From contig CP170459.1 in the NCBI GenBank assembly GCA_047947115.1, positions 3,776,001-3,840,000 on the forward strand: a stretch of DNA of 64,000 bases. The letters are read 5' to 3'. Every line of letters starts with the position of its first letter. Position 1 is the first letter of the stretch. Both the position numbers and the translations under genes were made by a program. Below the pieces are notes generated by a model that did not search any database, had not been told where the DNA came from, and was given only the letters and a program-made list of their open reading frames with translations. This DNA comes from Verrucomicrobiota bacterium. Its GTDB lineage: Bacteria > Verrucomicrobiota > Verrucomicrobiia > Limisphaerales > AAA164-E04. Shown piece after piece: positions 1-9,548 of this stretch.

Positions 1-4
1 GGAA

Positions 5-3000
5 GTGCCGGCTCGTTTCCTTCAATCTCCCGGGTTAGCACGTCGTTATTATCAGTTGTTGCAGTCTTTGGCCGATGACCTTTTTGCCCCGGAGAATATG
101 AATGTTTTGTTGGGGAATACGCTCGGAAACTGGACATCTCCCTCTTTTGTAGAGCGTATCAGACAATTTGCCATGGCGCGGCGTAATGCGGTTCTGGCGC
201 AGATTCCACGGTCTCTACAAGTGACGGTGGACCTTCCTTTGGCAGACCCGGATTACCTCCGCTATTACCAGTCCGCAACTTCGACGATATCCCTGCAGGG
301 TGTCGCCAACGCATTGGAAACCGATCGTGTCCTCGTTCAGGGAATCGATGCCCGGTGGTCCGCATGGGAGGGTAAATGGTCCGTTCAGGATGTACCATTG
401 CATGCCGGCGTGAATGAAATTGTGATTCAATCGCTGGATGCTTCAGGGGATGAAATTGAAAATCTGCGCTTGAGAGTGTTTTTTGAGGGGGGAACTTCCA
501 GTTTATATTCGGGTGAACTGCAGGGGGACACGGTATGGAGCCCGGCCTCAAGCCCCATTCAAGTGGAAACGGATCTGGTGGTTCCCGAGGGGGTGACTTT
601 GATCGTTCTGCCCGGGACTTCCGTAGAGTTTCTGGCCGGCTCCATGTTGACGGTTCGCGGAACATTGAAGGTCTTTGGCACTCCTGAGAACCGCGTTTAT
701 TTCTCAGCACAACGATTTGCCGCCCAACGATGGGGGGGGATTCATTTTGACCACACCATGCAGCATAATGAATTGAACAACGTGACCATCGAATGGACGA
801 TCTCTCCGGGTATCAATGTCGACCATTCGCGTTTGGACATTAAGGGAGGTCGATGGATAGGTGCTTACAATAGTTTTATCATCAGCTGGTATAGCACCCT
901 TGCAGTGCGCGATTGCATTTTTCCTGACGTCACAGTCGGCGAGCCCATCGCTGGCATAGGAATTCCGGATGGTGGTTACTGGATTGTTGAGGGGTGTGAA
1001 TTTGGTAAAACGACCGGTTACTCGGATATTATTGATTTCACCGGAGGAAAATTGCCCGGGCCGGTCGCGCAATTCTTGAACAACCGGTTCAATGGCGGTC
1101 CGGATGATGCCCTGGATCTGGATGGTGGCGATGCCTATGTTGAAGGGAATATCTTCATGAATTTTCATCAAGCCAACGCCAGCGACAGTGAATCCCACGC
1201 TATTTCCACCGGACTTTACGATGGCGTGGCATCGAATCTCACCATCGTTCGAAACGTGTTCATCGACAATGACCATGACATATTGTTAAAGGAGTGGTCA
1301 TCTGCCCACGTGGCGCACAACACCTTTATTAACTCCAAAAAGGGCGCGATCAGCCTGAGAGAACAAGTGCGTCAAACACAGCCTCCCTTGTCACTGCACA
1401 TGGAAGGCAATCTTTTTCGTTGTGAAAAGGTGCTGCATGCCCTTGAGGATATTTGGGGATTGTTTCCCGACTATAAAGTTTCCATTCATCATTCAGTCCT
1501 GCCCGAACCTTGGGATGCGTTTGGGGAAGGCAATCGGGTTTTGGAGCCATTGTTTGTGGATGAAGAGATCCTTGATTATCGCCTGGTTGAGCATTCCGGA
1601 CTGCAGGGGTTGGGGACATTGGGATTGGATCCCGGGGCATATGTTCCGTCCGGAGTAGCCGTCGCAGGCATTCCCTGGACCCCTTTGCCGACACGATCCA
1701 TTGAACTGGAAGTGGGAGGCCCGGGGGTTGTGGCTTATCGTTGCCAGGTGAATGACGGGGACTGGAGTGTTGAGATGCCAGTGGATACGCCCGTTGTTCT
1801 CACTGATCTGGCGGATGGAGTTCATCAATTGAAATTCGTCGGAAAAAATGTGGCGGGTGTATGGCAAACCGAAGAGGATGCATATGTTTCGCCTTCATTC
1901 GTCGTGGATGCAAACGCTTCACCCATTCGGCTGAATGAAATACTGGCGCAGCCGATCTCCTGGTCCGATGATCCGATGCGAAAGTGGGAATTTGTTGAGT
2001 TGATTCACTTGGGGAATCGGGTTCATTTGCTCAAAGATTATACCCTCAGCGATGATCCCGCGGTGCCCGATAAATTTCGGTTTTCCCAGATTGCCCTCAT
2101 GGAGCCCGGTAAACATTTGGTGGTGGGTGAAGATGGAAATCACTCCCTTCAAAAATGGATGCTTCCATTCGGACTCAAAGGGCAGGGTGAATCGGTTTAT
2201 CTCTACAGGCAAATCGGCGAGTCTTTTCAGTTGGTGGACCAGATCACATTCGGGATGCAACCTGAGGGATGGTCCCTGGGAAGGGATGCTTCAGGCCGCT
2301 GGTCGGCCAGTGCCCCTTCACCCGGTGGGCCAAACCGTCATTCCATACGCCTGGGATCATCGTCGGATGTGATGATCAGTGAGTGGACTCCTTTGGAAGC
2401 AGGAGATTTCAAAAGCGGATTTATTGAATTGCACAACACAAGTGCCTGGCCGGTTGATCTGTCCGGGTGGAGACTTGGATCCGAACCGCTTGCCTTTGCG
2501 GATTCCATGCTGTTTCCTGAACTTTCCTTCATCGGACCCAACGAATATTTGATCTTGGAGAAAGGGAAAAGTGTCTGGGATCTTCCGGTGGGCATGGGGG
2601 GTGAGCAGGACGCGTGGTCTTTGCGCAATGAGAAGGGGGACGTGGTGGATCGGGTCTGGCATGCCAATCCGCGATCCGGCTACAGTTTTCGCAGGGACTC
2701 GACAGACCCCACCGCGCTGGTTCAGGGATCACCTTCACCCCAGCAGCGTGATGAAGTTGTCTTAGGTCAATCCGCTTTGCTTATTAATGAGATTGCCGCA
2801 GACAATCGGGCTTTCCTGAGTCCATGGTCCACTTTCGCGGATTGGGTGGAAATATGGAATGCCTCAGGAGACATCGTTTCCCTGGATGGGATCGGTTTAA
2901 GTGATGATGGTGAGGATCCATTTAAATGGATTTTCCCGGAAGGAACACAGTTGGCACCTTTTGAGGTGATTGTTGTCTGGCTGGACGCAGATCATCCAGC

Positions 3001-3997
3001 AGGAGTCGCCAATGCCGGTTTCAGGTTGAAATCGGGCGGCGACCAGCTTTGGCTATTTGATGCTCAGAAGAGAGGCGGTGAGCTTATGGACACGGTTGTC
3101 TTTGGTCTTCAGATTCCTTCCTTTACCATCGGTCGAGATCCGGGGAGCTTGGAATGGGGCTTGACCGAACCCAGTCCGGGATGGGGGAACTCCAGCGTTG
3201 TTCTGGGTGATTCTCAATCCGTGAAAATAAATGAATGGATGGCTGATCCGGTTTCCGGCCCGGATTGGGTGGAATTGTTCAATACGTCCGATCAACCAGT
3301 TTCCCTTGCGGGCATGCGTCTTTCCGACGATCCAACCGATGCAACGAAGCATTTCTTTACACCTCTATCCTTTTTAGGGGTAGGAGTAGGCGCTTACTTG
3401 CAGATAGAAGCAGATGGCAATGGCAATCAGAACCGTGAAGCCGGATTCAAAATTTCGGCTGGCGGTGAATCTCTGGCCTTGTTCGGCAGTGATGGGCATC
3501 TTGTTGATTGGGTCGATTTTGGCCGCCAGGAAACCGGTGTTTCCCAAGGGCGCTGGCCTGATGGTTTCGAAGTGGTGTTTGATTTCTTTCAGTCAGTGAG
3601 TCCCGAAAGAATGAACGTGTTGGATGGAGATCTCGACGGTTTGCCCGATCGATGGGAATTGTCCAACGGCTTTGATCCTGATCTGGCGGGAGAAGCCGCC
3701 TTGGATCCTGATAACGATGGAGTGTCAACCTACCATGAATACCTGGGGCATACCGATCCAAACGATGCGTCCAGTGTATTTGGCATTGAACAAATCGGAC
3801 TGGACGAAACGCGTTGGATCATCACTTTCCAAGGAAGATCCCAGCGGGGCTACGAAGTGCAAACCACCTCCGATCTGACCTCGGACACATGGCAGACTAT
3901 CTGGGAGGTGGCTCCCGTGAGCGAAGATGTTGAACTCACCCTTCAACTCCCGTTGGAGGAGGAAAGCAAGTTTATCCGACTGCAGGCCTTTCAGTGA
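5..3997 (+). CDS. Large surface protein (5'-truncated by window edge): parallel beta-helix region, several lamin-tail domains, C-terminal Ca-binding DxDxDG repeats
   Basis: Repeated LNEI/ISEW/INEI/INEW...(D)W(V)EL.N...L.G..LSDD...K..F motifs (lamin-tail type); DALDLDGG beta-helix segment; DGDLDGLPDRWE and DPDNDGVS repeats. ORF runs from the window edge, so the true start is probably upstream. Confidence 0.8.
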   Translation: MPARFLQSPGLARRYYQLLQSLADDLFAPENMNVLLGNTLGNWTSPSFVERIRQFAMARRNAVLAQIPRSLQVTVDLPLADPDYLRYYQSATSTISLQGVANALETDRVLVQGIDARWSAWEGKWSVQDVPLHAGVNEIVIQSLDASGDEIENLRLRVFFEGGTSSLYSGELQGDTVWSPASSPIQVETDLVVPEGVTLIVLPGTSVEFLAGSMLTVRGTLKVFGTPENRVYFSAQRFAAQRWGGIHFDHTMQHNELNNVTIEWTISPGINVDHSRLDIKGGRWIGAYNSFIISWYSTLAVRDCIFPDVTVGEPIAGIGIPDGGYWIVEGCEFGKTTGYSDIIDFTGGKLPGPVAQFLNNRFNGGPDDALDLDGGDAYVEGNIFMNFHQANASDSESHAISTGLYDGVASNLTIVRNVFIDNDHDILLKEWSSAHVAHNTFINSKKGAISLREQVRQTQPPLSLHMEGNLFRCEKVLHALEDIWGLFPDYKVSIHHSVLPEPWDAFGEGNRVLEPLFVDEEILDYRLVEHSGLQGLGTLGLDPGAYVPSGVAVAGIPWTPLPTRSIELEVGGPGVVAYRCQVNDGDWSVEMPVDTPVVLTDLADGVHQLKFVGKNVAGVWQTEEDAYVSPSFVVDANASPIRLNEILAQPISWSDDPMRKWEFVELIHLGNRVHLLKDYTLSDDPAVPDKFRFSQIALMEPGKHLVVGEDGNHSLQKWMLPFGLKGQGESVYLYRQIGESFQLVDQITFGMQPEGWSLGRDASGRWSASAPSPGGPNRHSIRLGSSSDVMISEWTPLEAGDFKSGFIELHNTSAWPVDLSGWRLGSEPLAFADSMLFPELSFIGPNEYLILEKGKSVWDLPVGMGGEQDAWSLRNEKGDVVDRVWHANPRSGYSFRRDSTDPTALVQGSPSPQQRDEVVLGQSALLINEIAADNRAFLSPWSTFADWVEIWNASGDIVSLDGIGLSDDGEDPFKWIFPEGTQLAPFEVIVVWLDADHPAGVANAGFRLKSGGDQLWLFDAQKRGGELMDTVVFGLQIPSFTIGRDPGSLEWGLTEPSPGWGNSSVVLGDSQSVKINEWMADPVSGPDWVELFNTSDQPVSLAGMRLSDDPTDATKHFFTPLSFLGVGVGAYLQIEADGNGNQNREAGFKISAGGESLALFGSDGHLVDWVDFGRQETGVSQGRWPDGFEVVFDFFQSVSPERMNVLDGDLDGLPDRWELSNGFDPDLAGEAALDPDNDGVSTYHEYLGHTDPNDASSVFGIEQIGLDETRWIITFQGRSQRGYEVQTTSDLTSDTWQTIWEVAPVSEDVELTLQLPLEEESKFIRLQAFQ

Positions 3998-3998
3998 C

Positions 3999-4133
3999 TC
4001 AAGCGTCCTGGCTGGGGCCTTTCAGGACTTTGTAAAGGCAAAGCAGAAAGAGTGTGGTAACAGATCCTACCGAAAGGATCATCATCAACCAACCACCCGT
4101 CGTCAGACCTTCAGCCAAAATGGGGAATATCAT
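3999..4133 (-). CDS. 44-aa single-TM peptide, putative small subunit of the NSS transporter (MetS-like)
   Basis: Hand translation MIFPILAEGLTTGGWLMMILSVGSVTTLFLLCLYKVLKGPSQDA*; its ATG overlaps the transporter stop (ATGA at 4130-4133). Below the ORF-track size cutoff. Confidence 0.7.
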   Translation of the reverse strand: MIFPILAEGLTTGGWLMMILSVGSVTTLFLLCLYKVLKGPSQDA

Positions 4134-5767
4134 ATGGAAACCTCCTCGTCTTCCTTTTCGTGTTGTTGCCACCGTTTACCGGCCTGGGCGGCCAGGGCGC
4201 ACATGAAACCGATCACCACCAGGATCAAAGCAACACTCAATCGTGCGGCCGGACTTGCGGGGGTGTCTTTTGAGCCGATTAAATCCAGCATATAACCGCT
4301 CAAAGCAAATTCACCTGTTTCAAGACTGTATCCAAAAACGTTGGTCAAAACCCACATCGCAAAAATGGCCAGCAAAAAGAAAGGGCACAGGTATTTGATG
4401 ACAATCTTGTAGATAGACGGAACGCGAATTTCGGCTCCCCGATGCATTTCTTCCCATCCTTTTTCGATGCCAATGACCCAGCCGAAGATGATGATCTGAA
4501 TGGTAGCCAGAACAAACAGCGAAAAGGTTCCCACCCAGAAATCAATGGTGTCGAGTGCTTTGATGTCTTTGCTGAACCAGACCACGAACAAACACCCCAT
4601 GGCAGTGACTAATCCAAGCAAGGCGACCGACTGTTTACGGTTCATCCCTGTGCTTTCTTCCAAAAAGGCAATGCCCGGTTGGAGCATTGAGAGCGAACTG
4701 GTCACCGCTGCCAGGAAGAGCAGGATGAAGAAGATGGAGCCAAACACCACCCCGGCGGGCATATTGGCAAAGACCAGCGGCAGGACCTTGAAACCCAGTG
4801 CGAAGGTGCCCTGGCCGACAATACCAGCGGCTCCCAGGAACATGTATGCGGCAGGAATCGTAATCATCCCACCCAAGGCGACTTCGCAGAATTCATTGGC
4901 GCTGGTGGCACTCAAACCGCTCAGCACCACGTCGTCCTTTTGTTTCATATAACTGGCATAGACGATAATCACTCCAAAACCTACTGACAGGGAGAAAAAG
5001 ATCTGTCCGGCGGCTGCCAGCCAGAGTTCCGGATTCTTGAGTTTTTGAACCAGATTGCCGGGGTTCCACATGTAGGCCAGGCCGTTCATGACATTTTGGT
5101 CTGGGTGATCCGCCAACGGAGTTCCAAGAGTTAATACCCGCACTGCTATCACAATAGCCAACAACACCAACAACGGCATTGCGAACTTACAGAACCATTC
5201 GATTCCTTTGTTCAACCCTCGATAAATGAGGAAAAAGTTGAACAGGAATACCAAACCCAAGTAGAAACCGACTTGGTTCATGCCAAATCCTATCGCCGAA
5301 CCATCTTCCCCGATCCCTATAAATTTTCCCCAAAAATCACCGTAGGCATCGACTTCGTTGCCAAAACTGAGGTTGCCCGTTAAAAAATTCACCGCATATC
5401 CCAGGCACCACGCCTCGATATAAACGTAATACATGTAGATAATGACCGGAATGATCACCCCCAGCACCCCGATATACTTGGCGTAAGGTTTTTTAAGGAT
5501 GGCGTGGAAAATGCCGGGTGTGGAATTGTAGCCACGCTGCCCCCCATAACGTCCCATGGTCCATTCCGCCCAACAAATGGGGATGCCAATGATCAGGAGT
5601 GAAATGAAGTAGGCAACCATGAAAGCGCCCCCGCCATCGTCGCCTCCATATTTGGCAGCCTGTCCGGGAAATCGCAGGAAATTGCCCAACCCGACAGCGC
5701 TGCCCGCGACTGCCAGGATCACGCCCAGGCGCGAGCCCCACGATTCGGTGGTCTTGGTGTTTTGCAT
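4130..5767 (-). CDS. Sodium-dependent transporter, neurotransmitter:sodium symporter (NSS/SNF) family
   Basis: WGSRLGVILAVAGSAVGLGNFLRFP and AAAGQIFFSLSVGFG signatures; many TM segments. Confidence 0.95.
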   Translation of the reverse strand: MQNTKTTESWGSRLGVILAVAGSAVGLGNFLRFPGQAAKYGGDDGGGAFMVAYFISLLIIGIPICWAEWTMGRYGGQRGYNSTPGIFHAILKKPYAKYIGVLGVIIPVIIYMYYVYIEAWCLGYAVNFLTGNLSFGNEVDAYGDFWGKFIGIGEDGSAIGFGMNQVGFYLGLVFLFNFFLIYRGLNKGIEWFCKFAMPLLVLLAIVIAVRVLTLGTPLADHPDQNVMNGLAYMWNPGNLVQKLKNPELWLAAAGQIFFSLSVGFGVIIVYASYMKQKDDVVLSGLSATSANEFCEVALGGMITIPAAYMFLGAAGIVGQGTFALGFKVLPLVFANMPAGVVFGSIFFILLFLAAVTSSLSMLQPGIAFLEESTGMNRKQSVALLGLVTAMGCLFVVWFSKDIKALDTIDFWVGTFSLFVLATIQIIIFGWVIGIEKGWEEMHRGAEIRVPSIYKIVIKYLCPFFLLAIFAMWVLTNVFGYSLETGEFALSGYMLDLIGSKDTPASPAARLSVALILVVIGFMCALAAQAGKRWQQHEKEDEEVSI

Positions 5768-5864
5768 GAGGCGGAATCCTAAGGACTGATTCCCGCTTTG
5801 GCCAGTCGATAATTTGGGTTCCTCATTTAATGGATGAACTGGTCCATTAAACTACATGCCTCAA

Positions 5865-6266
5865 TCAGCTACAGGCATTTACCGTCGAGACACCTTCATA
5901 TGCCAGTATGCGTTCATCTGCTGTCAATAAACGCAAGGAATTCAGGCGAGCGGTTGCCACCAGAATCCGGTCAGCGGGATCGGCATGAAATTCTCCGGGT
6001 AACTGATAGGATTCAAAAGCAACTGCCTCTTCTATTGGTTGAATTCTAGCGTTCAAAAAGAGTGATGCCTTTTGGAACCAATCGCGCACAGGTATTCCTA
6101 GATCCAATTTTCCGCCGTGTGCCAAACGGCTGATTTCAAGTGCAGATATCGCGCTTATCCACAGGGTGTTGGATTCATTTTTAAGAATTTGGCAGGCTTT
6201 TTTCCCCAGCCTGGGTGAAGCGATTTGAGACCATACAATGACATGTGTATCCAGCAGGATATTCAC
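5865..6266 (-). CDS. vapC: PIN-domain toxin (VapC family)
   Basis: ILLDTH...ISAISALEI...HADPADRILVATA...LLTAD; GTG at 6264-6266 overlaps the antitoxin stop (GTGA). Confidence 0.9.
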   Translation of the reverse strand: MNILLDTHVIVWSQIASPRLGKKACQILKNESNTLWISAISALEISRLAHGGKLDLGIPVRDWFQKASLFLNARIQPIEEAVAFESYQLPGEFHADPADRILVATARLNSLRLLTADERILAYEGVSTVNACS

Positions 6267-6490
6267 AATGACATTTCCCAATCTTTGTCAAAATCTGTAT
6301 GAACAATGTCTCCGTGCACTTTGGTCACATCACGTAGTGCTCCAAGTGTGCGACTTTTTGGTTTGATAGGCTTAATGACAGCCAATGGTTGCCCTCGCAA
6401 AGTTACTGTCATTGATTCGCCGGTCTGATTGACTTCTTTGAGGATGCCAATGCACTTGGCTTTGAATTCTGAAATGATCACGGTTTTCAT
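6263..6490 (-). CDS. Phd/YefM-family antitoxin
   Basis: MKTVIISEFKAKCIGILKEV...VTLRGQPLAVI, 75 aa from ATG 6490, directly upstream of the PIN toxin. Confidence 0.9.
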   Translation of the reverse strand: MKTVIISEFKAKCIGILKEVNQTGESMTVTLRGQPLAVIKPIKPKSRTLGALRDVTKVHGDIVHTDFDKDWEMSL

Positions 6491-6513
6491 TGATTTAACC
6501 TGACTTAGTGATG

Positions 6514-6524
6514 TGACCAGGTCA
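6514..6524. promoter_or_regulatory. Candidate TA autorepression operator (palindrome TGACC-A-GGTCA)
   Basis: Perfect 5+5 palindrome about 24 bp upstream of the antitoxin start, overlapping a minus-strand TTGACC -35-like hexamer; short, so it could be chance. Confidence 0.4.
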
Positions 6525-6582
6525 ATAGCAAAGCGAATATCCAAATTTGCCGCATACTCTGTTCACCGCATTAGGTGAATTC

Positions 6583-6618
6583 CATCCCTTCAATCCTGTT
6601 CATCCTGTCCAAAAAAAA
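6583..6618 (-). repeat. T-run + CAGGAT-periodic motif
   Basis: Minus strand TTTTTTTTGGACAGGATGAACAGGATTGAAGGGATG; matches 26337-26372 on the plus strand. Confidence 0.6.
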
Positions 6619-6641
6619 GACATCCAACACTTCAAAGCCTT

Positions 6642-7286
6642 TCACTCCAATAAATCAGCCCGTAGTTTGGGGGGCAATCCCAAGTGGTAGGTCATGAATC
6701 TCCCGAGGTATTTGAAGATTTCCAATCGAACTTTTGAAAGATGATCGGAAGTAAAATCAATGTCATTGGTCCCTTCTTCCGACCAAACCTTGAAGGTTTG
6801 CTTGGCTTCGGCGCTCAGGCGGTCATTTTTCCATTGAGGTTCGAGCCCCAGGATCCTGAGAAGGATGAATTCGAAATTGAGGACATGCAACAGGTCGGTC
6901 TCCTTTACCTTATTCAACGGTTCAAGAAAGTGGCCCATCAACTCAAACATGCCGTCGGCAGGTGTGTCTTCCTCGGTACTTTTGCTGATTAATTGCGCGA
7001 CATAGGTGGCCTGATTGACTTTGTCCATGTCGCGACTCAACCTTTCAAAGACCTTGGTCAAACTAACCTCTCGCAAGGTGTGCAGGGTGGATCGATGGCT
7101 GCGTTGGTAAGTGAGCTGGCAGTGATGAAACAAATCCAGTTTGCCGCGGAATTCTGATTTGGGTCTCAGTGCTCCTTTGGCCATGGTGGCGATACGACCG
7201 GCGTCCTGGGTCAGCCAATGGACGATCAGGCTCGATTCGGAATAGCGAATCACTCGCAGGACGATGCCTTGTGTTTGCTCGGTCAT
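6642..7286 (-). CDS. recO: DNA repair protein RecO
   Basis: GIVLRVIRYSESSLIVHWLTQDAGRIATMAKGALRPKS N-terminal OB-fold signature; follows ybeY. Confidence 0.93.
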   Translation of the reverse strand: MTEQTQGIVLRVIRYSESSLIVHWLTQDAGRIATMAKGALRPKSEFRGKLDLFHHCQLTYQRSHRSTLHTLREVSLTKVFERLSRDMDKVNQATYVAQLISKSTEEDTPADGMFELMGHFLEPLNKVKETDLLHVLNFEFILLRILGLEPQWKNDRLSAEAKQTFKVWSEEGTNDIDFTSDHLSKVRLEIFKYLGRFMTYHLGLPPKLRADLLE

Positions 7287-7312
7287 GCAGGGGGGCTGAG
7301 GTGATCGGTTGA

Positions 7313-7786
7313 CTACCTTTGGATCAAGTCATCCAGATCGAATTGTTCGGCCACTTTGGTCATCCATTTGTTTTCGTGCCGTTTCATCACCTTCCGCTTT
7401 TCGGGTTCCAGATCATCAAATCCTTTGAGATGAAGCAACCCATGAATGACATACCGAATCGATTCTTCATGCCATTGTGTGCCAAATTCAACGGATTGTT
7501 TGGAAGCCACTTCCGGACAGACGAGGATTTCACCGATCAAAAAGTCTGGCATGGCTTCCTCGCTCAGATCAAAAGTGATGACATCGGTGGCACCTTCGTG
7601 TTGCAGGAAATCCTGATTCACCTCGGCCATACGCGTTGAGGGGAGGAACTGAACCGATATCTCAGCTGATTGATTCTCGAAAAGAGCCTCTGCAACCCAG
7701 GTGCCGATTTCGCGCACGAGATTCACATTCAAAGGCCATTTGCGTTGGCGGTTCCGCACTTCCAGCTGGATATCGGGTTGATCCAT
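7313..7786 (-). CDS. ybeY: rRNA maturation endoribonuclease YbeY
   Basis: TDVITF...GEI...IHGLLHLKGFDD metal-binding motif. Confidence 0.93.
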   Translation of the reverse strand: MDQPDIQLEVRNRQRKWPLNVNLVREIGTWVAEALFENQSAEISVQFLPSTRMAEVNQDFLQHEGATDVITFDLSEEAMPDFLIGEILVCPEVASKQSVEFGTQWHEESIRYVIHGLLHLKGFDDLEPEKRKVMKRHENKWMTKVAEQFDLDDLIQR

Positions 7787-7834
7787 TCGGTTGTTTCAGT
7801 TCACTGTTGCAATTCAGGGATCCCGGAGTAGATC

Positions 7835-8800
7835 CTATCTTTGCTCGTAATCCTGTCGATGTGTTTCGTAAGCCGCGACAATTTTCTGAACGAGACGATG
7901 GCGGATGACGTCCCGTTTCTGGAATTCCACCATGGCGATTTCCGGGATGTCTTTCAAAGCTTTCCTGGCTTCCAGGAGTCCTGACGGTTTGTGTTTCGGC
8001 AGATCAATCTGGGTGGGATCTCCGGTAATAACCGCTTTGGAGCTCATCCCCAGGCGGGTCAGAAACATGAACATTTGCTCAGTGGTTGCATTCTGTGCTT
8101 CGTCGAGGATGATAAAGGCGTAGTTCAATGTGCGGCCACGCATGTAGGCGAGGGGGGCGATTTCGATGACGCCACGATCGCGGTACTTTTCGATTTCCTC
8201 CGCCGGGATCATGTCATGCAAAGCATCCTGCAGGGGGCGCAGATAAGGATCGAGCTTTTCGTATAAGTCGCCGGGTAGAAATCCCAATGCCTCGCCCGCC
8301 TCCACGGCGGGCCGGGTCAGGATGATGCGGCTGACGGTTCCGGCTTTGAGGGCGGTGACCGCCATTGCCATGGCCAGGTAGGTCTTGCCTGTTCCCGCAG
8401 GCCCCATGCCAAAAGTGACATCATGCTTGCGCATGGCTTCAATGTATTGCTTTTGACCGGCGGTTTTGGGGTGAATCGGAGGTTTGCGATTGGAGGTCTG
8501 GATGCGTTCGCTGTAGAGACCTTTCAATGCGCCCGAGCCATGGTTCTTGACGACTTCCAGCGCTTGATCGAACTCTCGCGCGCGGATGGCCGTTCCTGAT
8601 TGCATGGCTCCCTGGAGTATTTCAAAAAGTTCCTTGGCTGATTTGACCCGGTCTTCGTCTCCTTCGAGTTTGATCCATCCGTCCCGGGTGACCGCCTTGA
8701 CGCCGAGTTCGGATTCAAGTTTTTCCAGGTTACGGGATTCGTTGGCAAAAAGCTGTTGCACCTGGTGGGCGCTTTCAAAATGCAAGGTTTCGGATGCCAT
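7835..8800 (-). CDS. phoH: PhoH-family ATPase (YbeZ-like)
   Basis: GPAGTGKT, RIILTRPAVEAGEALGFLPGDL, LAYMRGRT, ILDEAQN, GDPTQIDL. Start moved to ATG 8800 because the upstream extension overlaps the HIT gene. Confidence 0.93.
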   Translation of the reverse strand: MASETLHFESAHQVQQLFANESRNLEKLESELGVKAVTRDGWIKLEGDEDRVKSAKELFEILQGAMQSGTAIRAREFDQALEVVKNHGSGALKGLYSERIQTSNRKPPIHPKTAGQKQYIEAMRKHDVTFGMGPAGTGKTYLAMAMAVTALKAGTVSRIILTRPAVEAGEALGFLPGDLYEKLDPYLRPLQDALHDMIPAEEIEKYRDRGVIEIAPLAYMRGRTLNYAFIILDEAQNATTEQMFMFLTRLGMSSKAVITGDPTQIDLPKHKPSGLLEARKALKDIPEIAMVEFQKRDVIRHRLVQKIVAAYETHRQDYEQR

Positions 8801-8982
8801 GATAGGGTTGTTTTTATCTGTAGATGTCCCACATGAACACAGATTTTCCTGGAGACCAAGGATTCCTTGTTCCAGGAATTTTTTCATTATCTGCGCATAG
8901 CTGTCATCTGTGGATTGAAAAAGAGTATGGGTTTTAAAGTGAATGGATAAGCCTGGACCGGGAACGATTGGTTGCTGCCTTT

Positions 8983-9498
8983 TTAATCCGGTTTGGAATC
9001 GGATCCTCCCATGGCGGCGAAGACGGTTCTTAATTTTTCTGCAAGTGCTTCGAGCGCTTCGGGGAGTACTGCTGTGTTGCCGATGACGGGCATGAAATTG
9101 GTGTCTCCGTTCCACCTGGGCACCACATGAAGGTGCAGATGCTCTCGGATGCCCGCGCCGGCTACTCGTCCGAGGTTCAATCCCACATTGAATCCTTGAG
9201 GTTGCATGACTTCTTTGAGCACCTTGATGCAACGTTGACTCAAGCGCATGAGGTCCGCGAGTTCCTGGTCGTCCAGGTCCTCGAGTTCGGCCACTTGCTT
9301 GTAGGGGACTACCATCAGATGCCCGCCATTGTAAGGATAACGGTTCATCGTCACGTAACAGGTCTTGTCGCGGTGAACGACCAAATTCGCCACATCATCG
9401 CCGGACTGGGCGATGCGTGTAAAAAGGGACTCATCCCCTTGGGGTTCCTTGGGGCTGAGGATGTAATCAATACGCCAGGGAGCATGCAAATGATCCAT
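8983..9498 (-). CDS. HIT-family hydrolase (Ap4A phosphorylase-like)
   Basis: LHAPWR, NRYPYNGGHLMVVPY, AGAGIREHLHLHVVPRW (histidine triad). Confidence 0.92.
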   Translation of the reverse strand: MDHLHAPWRIDYILSPKEPQGDESLFTRIAQSGDDVANLVVHRDKTCYVTMNRYPYNGGHLMVVPYKQVAELEDLDDQELADLMRLSQRCIKVLKEVMQPQGFNVGLNLGRVAGAGIREHLHLHVVPRWNGDTNFMPVIGNTAVLPEALEALAEKLRTVFAAMGGSDSKPD

Positions 9499-9548
9499 GG
9501 GCTGAAGACTAGTTGGCCTCTCGCTGGAAGTCAAAGGAGAGCATCGAA

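Noticed and set aside
8801..9232. Long N-terminal extensions given by the ORF track (phoH; also DUF1080, sulfatase, permease, prepilin-type and vWA genes)
   Set aside because: They overlap neighbouring genes or repeats; downstream starts fit the family N-termini better
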